Shown: piece after piece, positions 25,846 through 30,626 of the stretch
How positions within the stretch are numbered: the stretch's first letter is position 1
Layout of the letters: each line of letters opens with the position of its first letter
Source: Candidatus Bathyarchaeia archaeon
Lineage (GTDB): Archaea > Thermoproteota > Bathyarchaeia > Bathyarchaeales > Bathycorpusculaceae
Reading direction: 5' to 3'
Assembly (NCBI GenBank): GCA_050012755.1
Contig: JBEKGO010000036.1
Coordinates: forward strand, 1 to 30,626
DNA: 30,626 nt
Position numbers and translations under genes: made by a program
Notes under the pieces: model-generated
The model's input: the letters and a program-made list of their open reading frames with translations, nothing else
Database searches by the model: none
Told to the model about the DNA's origin: nothing

Positions 25846-26661
25846 TTAATACTGCGTTGGCTGTTCTTTGGTTTCTGTTGGCGCCTGCGTTATTCTTGCC
25901 ATGACTACTGCGCCTGAGAGTATACTGTTGTTTAGATATGTTATTTCTTTCCCAGAGTCCAACTGAATAACAGTGTTGTAGGGAGTTATTTGTTTGATTA
26001 TTCCCTGCTCGTTTAAGTATGGTGATATTACTCGATCGCCTAGCTTAAAATGAAGCCTGGTTTCTTTCAGGATTTCAGCGTCGCGGATGATGGTGATTAT
26101 CACTCCGCCTGAAGCGATTGCACTGTTTGGAATGGTGATTTGGCCAACATCGGTTTGTATTCGCATAACAAGCGCTGACATCTCTGTGATTTTTCCTGGA
26201 ATGTTGTTAATCATAACGTTATCGCCAACTCTGTACTTGTAATTTGTGAAAACCAAGAACCCTGATAAGATGCTGCCGACAAAAGTGGAAATGACTAAGC
26301 CGGCAGTGATTGAGATGATTCCTGCGCCGGTTAAAAGCTCAGTTGCAGAAACATTGATGATGCTAAGGAGGAAGAATAATAAAATCAAAGTTGCTATTGC
26401 AAGCATGACATACTGTACTATTGTTGAAGCTTGGTCCCCCATTCGCTGAGCAACGTATGGTCTGAAATGCCGTATAATCAGTATCGCCGCTGACCAAGCC
26501 ATGATGCCGATTAGTACAATTACAGCCTGTTCAAAAAGCTGGGACAAGCTTAAGGGTTCAGCAATTAACCGGTGGAAAACAGATAAAATAACTATAGTCA
26601 AGAGTAAAGTTGTTGCTAAGTAAAAAAAGAGTCTTTGCAATGACGGAATAACTCGTGCCAT
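25846..26661 (-). CDS. MscS-family mechanosensitive channel protein
   Basis: TM helices ending GAGIISITAGL...GSILSG, then YRVGDNV...GKITEM...ITIPNS. A second copy of this beta domain follows (FKLGDRV...GIIKQI...ITYLNN). Confidence 0.85.
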   Translation of the reverse strand: MARVIPSLQRLFFYLATTLLLTIVILSVFHRLIAEPLSLSQLFEQAVIVLIGIMAWSAAILIIRHFRPYVAQRMGDQASTIVQYVMLAIATLILLFFLLSIINVSATELLTGAGIISITAGLVISTFVGSILSGFLVFTNYKYRVGDNVMINNIPGKITEMSALVMRIQTDVGQITIPNSAIASGGVIITIIRDAEILKETRLHFKLGDRVISPYLNEQGIIKQITPYNTVIQLDSGKEITYLNNSILSGAVVMARITQAPTETKEQPTQY

Positions 26662-27061
26662 CTTGAATCCTTGCTAGCCATAGTTTACAAGCATATTTCT
26701 ATAGTTTTCCCAAAAATTTTTACGGAGCATGCAATGATTCTACTATTGCTATGTCTGCTCCCAATTGTCCCTGTCCAAAAAAAGGTTGCCCACACCACAG
26801 TAACTGCCAAGAATGCGTAAATCACCACAAAGAAAAAAATGAATGGCCATATTGTGCTAGATAAAAAACAATTCGGGAAAATTATTACAGCTGGGGCAGG
26901 CGACTACTTTTTCATGTGGCGAGAGACAGAGGAAAAAGCGTTAACTCAGCTTATGATTTCTTATGAAGCACGATATTACGAGATTCGGAATATTCTCTTT
27001 TTTTCAATTTCCCTTATATTCAAAAATCATCTTTGGTTTTTCTACTGAGAGAGATAGGAAG

Positions 27062-27193
27062 ATGAGCGAACAAGAAATAGAAAGTCTTTGTGAGTTGGGC
27101 GTTAAAGATTCATGTCCTACTTGCGAGTTCATTCATTGCTGCAACGGCAAATGGAGTCACGCAACTAGCAAAGAGAAAACCCTGAAGTGCTGA
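27062..27193 (+). CDS. Cys-rich microprotein (43 aa)
   Basis: MSEQEIESLCELGVKDSCPTCEFIHCCNGKW...; AGGA upstream of the ATG. Confidence 0.45.
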   Translation: MSEQEIESLCELGVKDSCPTCEFIHCCNGKWSHATSKEKTLKC

Positions 27194-27398
27194 ACTGGTA
27201 AGCCAATTATGTAGGTCGCAGTTTTTTCATACCATATTGTAGGCTCACTTTTTTTAAATCAAACGTAATGGCTCTTTGGACGCAAGAACCTATCCATAGC
27301 TCAGCCGTTTAACTGGCGTCTTTGTTTGGGTTAACTGTACCACAAAATTGAAAAAGCTATATGCACCATAAGAAACAGAAACAAAATGAGGCAATCCT

Positions 27399-27626
27399 GT
27401 GAAATTAAATAAGGTCGACGAAAAAGTCTACAACCTCCTAAAAGCTGAGGGCAAAGAGTTAACTCTTCAAGAATTAGCCGACAAAACGGGTGAGCCAAGC
27501 AAAAAAGTCTTCAAATCACTCAAGAAGTTTTTTGAGCAGGAAATCATTGAGACTAAAGCCCGAAAATACAGCTTAACAGGTAAAGATCCGATGGCAGCTA
27601 AAGAAGAAGCTGAGCCAGAAGTTTAA
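27399..27626 (+). CDS. Small winged-HTH protein
   Basis: EKVYNLLK...LTLQELADKTGEPSKKVFKSLKKF; GAGG SD before GTG. Confidence 0.8.
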   Translation: MKLNKVDEKVYNLLKAEGKELTLQELADKTGEPSKKVFKSLKKFFEQEIIETKARKYSLTGKDPMAAKEEAEPEV

Positions 27627-27637
27627 GCTAAATTTTT

Positions 27638-27714
27638 TGGAGCCTCGAGCGGGCCTTGCTCCCGCGGCCTGCTGCTTACAAGGCAGCCGCTCTACTGGGC
27701 TGAGCTATCGAGGC
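27638..27714 (-). tRNA. tRNA-Thr(TGT) with encoded CCA and atypical D- and T-loops
   Basis: GCCTCGA TA GCTC AGCCCAGTA GAGC G GCTGC CT TGT AA GCAGC AGGCC GCGGG AGCAAGG CCCGC TCGAGGC TCCA; all four stems are fully Watson-Crick paired. Confidence 0.9.
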
Positions 27715-27889
27715 ACCCAAACTTGCCCAGATTACATCAACACATAAAACACAACCCAAATAAAAGTTACTACTAAAAGTGAGTATCTTCTTGCATTTTC
27801 AATTAATAAGTAATTCAATATTCCAAATCCTGGAAACACCACAGTATATTTATACTTTAGACAAAGCGGATATAGTTGAGTGCAAAGGA

Positions 27890-29134
27890 ATGATTGAAGA
27901 AACGGCACAAATCACATCACATATTTTTGTCTCTTCAGAAAAGACTGAAAAAGAATGTTTCGAAAGAATGCTTTTCGGTACAAGCAAAATATATGCTGAC
28001 GACGCTTTAGCAGTCAAGAAAGGTGACCTATTATTTTTGCTTAATGTAGACTCGAACGTTTTGCATGGTGTTTTCCGTTCAAAGTCTGATGGCAAACAAA
28101 ACATTGTGTCTGAGGCATGGAAAGGTAAGTATCCATACCAAGTTGAGGTCGAGCAGATGGGTAACCTTCAAACTCTAAAAAAAGCGAGGATTTTGCTTAA
28201 AAAACTAGGCGTTGAATCACACAGATCCTTGAGTGATTCAATAACGAAACGACTCCTCACGCTTTTCTCATTAACTGAATCTGATTATCTTAAGCAGCTC
28301 GCAGATAGCAAAGCTTGGGGTTTTTTAACTCCTGATTATTCTAAAAATGAAAAAGGCAAAAATAATGAGCCTTCAGGGGAAGAAAGACCAAAACTGGAGT
28401 CGACAACTCTCTGGGACTTTCCTAGACAAAGTTATGGTAGAAATCCCAAGGGGAATAACAAATATGCTGGAGTTACTCCCGCGTTTGTAATTTGGAATAT
28501 GATACAAAGGTATACAGAACCTGATGATTTAGTTCTTGATCCAATGTGCGGCAGTGGAACAACGCTGGACGTTTGCAAAGAGGAAGGGCGGAAAGCCATT
28601 TGCTACGATATAGCGCCACCACCTTACCGACCAGATGTAATACAAAATGATGCTCGACATATTCCTCCTCCAGACAATGCGGTTGATATGATATTCATAG
28701 ACTCACCCTATGGTGATAACATTCGCTATAACGACCATCCCGATAACATCGGTCTGATTTCGAGTGAAGACGAGAAATTCTACGAAGCACTCGAGACAGT
28801 CATGACCGAATGCTATAGAGTATTGAAACCTGGAGAAGTAATTGGCTGGCTCATAGGTGATCAATGGGTAAAGAAAAAATTCACGCCCGTAGGATTCAAA
28901 ATTTACCAAAGCCTCTGCAAAAACTTTGAAACAGTAGATGTAATTTGTGTAGCAAGAAGGAGTCAAGCTTCTAATACTTCTTTTTGGCATAGCCGAGCTA
29001 AGCGTTATAACTTCTATCTAAGGGGTTTCAAGTATCTGTTTATTATGCGTAAAGCCGTTGATGAGCCAGTTAAACTTGAAAAGCGAAGTGTTAAATGGAC
29101 ATACTACGATAGAAATAAGAACCATATACAATAA
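27890..29134 (+). CDS. Amino (N4-C/N6-A) DNA methyltransferase with N-terminal DCD domain; start reassigned to ATG 27890
   Basis: DCD-like IFVSSEKTEKECFERMLFG...GDLLFLLN...LHGVF...NI...AW...YPYQV; SAM motif VLDPMCGSGTT; catalytic FIDSPY; TATA-like TATTTATA upstream. Confidence 0.85.
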   Translation: MIEETAQITSHIFVSSEKTEKECFERMLFGTSKIYADDALAVKKGDLLFLLNVDSNVLHGVFRSKSDGKQNIVSEAWKGKYPYQVEVEQMGNLQTLKKARILLKKLGVESHRSLSDSITKRLLTLFSLTESDYLKQLADSKAWGFLTPDYSKNEKGKNNEPSGEERPKLESTTLWDFPRQSYGRNPKGNNKYAGVTPAFVIWNMIQRYTEPDDLVLDPMCGSGTTLDVCKEEGRKAICYDIAPPPYRPDVIQNDARHIPPPDNAVDMIFIDSPYGDNIRYNDHPDNIGLISSEDEKFYEALETVMTECYRVLKPGEVIGWLIGDQWVKKKFTPVGFKIYQSLCKNFETVDVICVARRSQASNTSFWHSRAKRYNFYLRGFKYLFIMRKAVDEPVKLEKRSVKWTYYDRNKNHIQ

Positions 29135-29159
29135 ATCATAACTTCAAACAGGTAATCCA

Positions 29160-29852
29160 ATGAAATTTAAAGACTTGCTATTGCTTTATGAAAAAAAGAA
29201 GATGATTTGTGGAAATGAAACATATAAACATATTTCAGAGCTTCTCAACGAAGCAAAAATGATTCATAAAAAAGACTGGTTGCAGCACCCTACCCCAAAC
29301 CATGACCATGAACAATCATGGAGAGCTTTTAAAGTGAAAAACTTGGAAAAGTTGATCACGTATATACTCAATGATGAAGTCGAGACTTTGGGTCTCAAAA
29401 TCATCAATGGCGGTACATTAGATAGAACAAAGGCAGAAAACCTTTCATATGAACTTAGTTCAGTCAAGCACAATTTACTTGTTGATTATGGTGAATTCGG
29501 ATCACATTTACCTGATATCGATTGCGTGATTTACAATCCCAAAACCTACAAAGTAATGGCGGTTCTGTCTAGTAAAGTTACCCTTAGAGAAAGAATTGCA
29601 CAAACTGGATACTGGAAAATTAAGATGTCCAAAGACCCTGTAACAAAGGGCATAAAAGTGTTTTTCATAACACCTGATGAAGACGGAACTTTAACCAATA
29701 AAATACCTGCAAAGAAAGGCAGAGCAATTTCCGAAGTTGATCTTGATGGGAGCTATGTTATGAGTGAAAGGACAGTAGAGGAAAGCTCAAAAGTTAAAAT
29801 GTTTGACAAATTTATTCAAGATTTGAAAGAGCTTCTAAAAAAAGACAGCTAA
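29160..29852 (+). CDS. Type II restriction endonuclease, BsaWI/CCGG-family-like
   Basis: QSWRAFK.KNLEKL, PDID, SSKVTLRERIAQ; directly follows the methyltransferase. Confidence 0.8.
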   Translation: MKFKDLLLLYEKKKMICGNETYKHISELLNEAKMIHKKDWLQHPTPNHDHEQSWRAFKVKNLEKLITYILNDEVETLGLKIINGGTLDRTKAENLSYELSSVKHNLLVDYGEFGSHLPDIDCVIYNPKTYKVMAVLSSKVTLRERIAQTGYWKIKMSKDPVTKGIKVFFITPDEDGTLTNKIPAKKGRAISEVDLDGSYVMSERTVEESSKVKMFDKFIQDLKELLKKDS

Positions 29853-30162
29853 TCTATTTAGCATAAGTAAGCAAATTGAAAGGTGGTATCGCAGCCAAAA
29901 ATTGTTTATTTCTTCTCTAAATGAATTTTAACAAACAAAACCTCGCTGGAAGTACCAATTAAGATACCAAGCTTGGTTTATGTCACATATTTGCCGTCAA
30001 ACTTATATGGATTAAACTCACTTTAGATTTACTTCTCGATTTAATTCGGAAAATCCCATAGCTGATTTAAGACGTGAAATATCATGAATCAAAAAGCCTC
30101 AAAAATAATATAATATGCAACAAACCATCTTTCAAGAAACCTTATTACGGCTCGACATAATG

Positions 30163-30170
30163 CTTATATC
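30163..30170 (+). promoter_or_regulatory. Candidate TATA box for the 23S rRNA transcript
   Basis: CTTATATC precedes a structured leader; similar boxes occur near 30002 and 30141. Confidence 0.4.
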
Positions 30171-30389
30171 AGTGAAAGTCGCTTCTAATGCAATTCAGCA
30201 ATATGGGTTATACCATCAAACTGATGCAACTCCCCATCGATGTTGATGTGGAGTGAAGGGTAGAAATGACTCTGCCAAGTCACGGCGGAGATCACAATGA
30301 CACCATGCATAGGCCAAACAAACAACGACGCAACACAATATATGAGAAATGTGTGTTTCACCAAACGCCAAACAAACACCACCTATGGC

Positions 30390-30626
30390 CCGAAACATGC
30401 CACGCTATCTGGAGAATGGCTCGGCTTGAGAGCCGAAGAAGGGCGCGGCAAGCCGCGATACCGCCTCGGGGAGGCGCATGCAGCCTTAGATCCGAGGATA
30501 CCTGAATGGGACTTCCTAGAATATGCTCCTTCACGGAGCGGGAACCCCCCGAACGGAAGCATCTTAGTAGGGGGAGGAAAAGAAACCAACACGGGATTCC
30601 CTTAGTAGCAGCGAGCGAAATGGGAA
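30390..30626 (+). rRNA. rrl: 23S rRNA, 5' part (start approximate; runs off the window)
   Basis: Archaeal LSU domain I sequence: GAATGGCTCGGCT...GCCGAAGAAGGGCGCGGCAAGCCGCGATA...GAACGGAAGCATCTTAGTAG...GGAAAAGAAA...AGTAGCAGCGAGCGAAA. Confidence 0.97.

Noticed and set aside
26839-27061. ORF 26839-27048 and the first half of ORF 26963-27193
   Set aside because: They overlap each other and have no recognisable motif; only the Cys-rich part from ATG 27062 is tentatively kept.
69-29473. Antisense and nested ORFs inside mgtA, terL, lon, serA, the methyltransferase and other genes
   Set aside because: Shadow frames of well-supported genes with no independent motifs.
30185-30605. Five ORFs at the right end
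   Set aside because: They overlap the 23S rRNA and its leader.

Overview
Archaeal chromosome segment. A Bathyarchaeia-like TACK lineage is inferred from a tRNA with a D-loop BHB intron, an archaeal 23S rRNA, a PEF-CTERM surface protein and frequent TTG starts. The left edge holds a 5'-truncated Mg2+ P-type ATPase and tRNA-Glu(CTC). From about 2.5 to 17.5 kb lies an accessory island with no visible integrase. It contains three MNT-HEPN toxin-antitoxin loci in different states of decay, a Vsr/DUF559-like nuclease, a further HEPN protein and an unannotated ~157-nt rod-shaped RNA candidate. It also contains an intact ParB-N / ABC-ATPase / GNAT / TerS / TerL operon with no adjacent portal or capsid gene and a candidate -1 ribosomal frameshift. 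The island ends in a cassette-like series of surface-protein and TA genes separated by three families of short repeats. From 17.8 to 27.7 kb are mostly core genes: LonC-type protease, a GATase coupled to Dph6, serA, glyA, MscS and a tRNA-Thr(TGT) with an atypical elbow. The right end has a DCD-domain-fused DNA methyltransferase, a BsaWI-like restriction endonuclease and the start of a 23S rRNA gene with no 16S gene upstream. All family assignments are from motifs read by eye; no searches were run.
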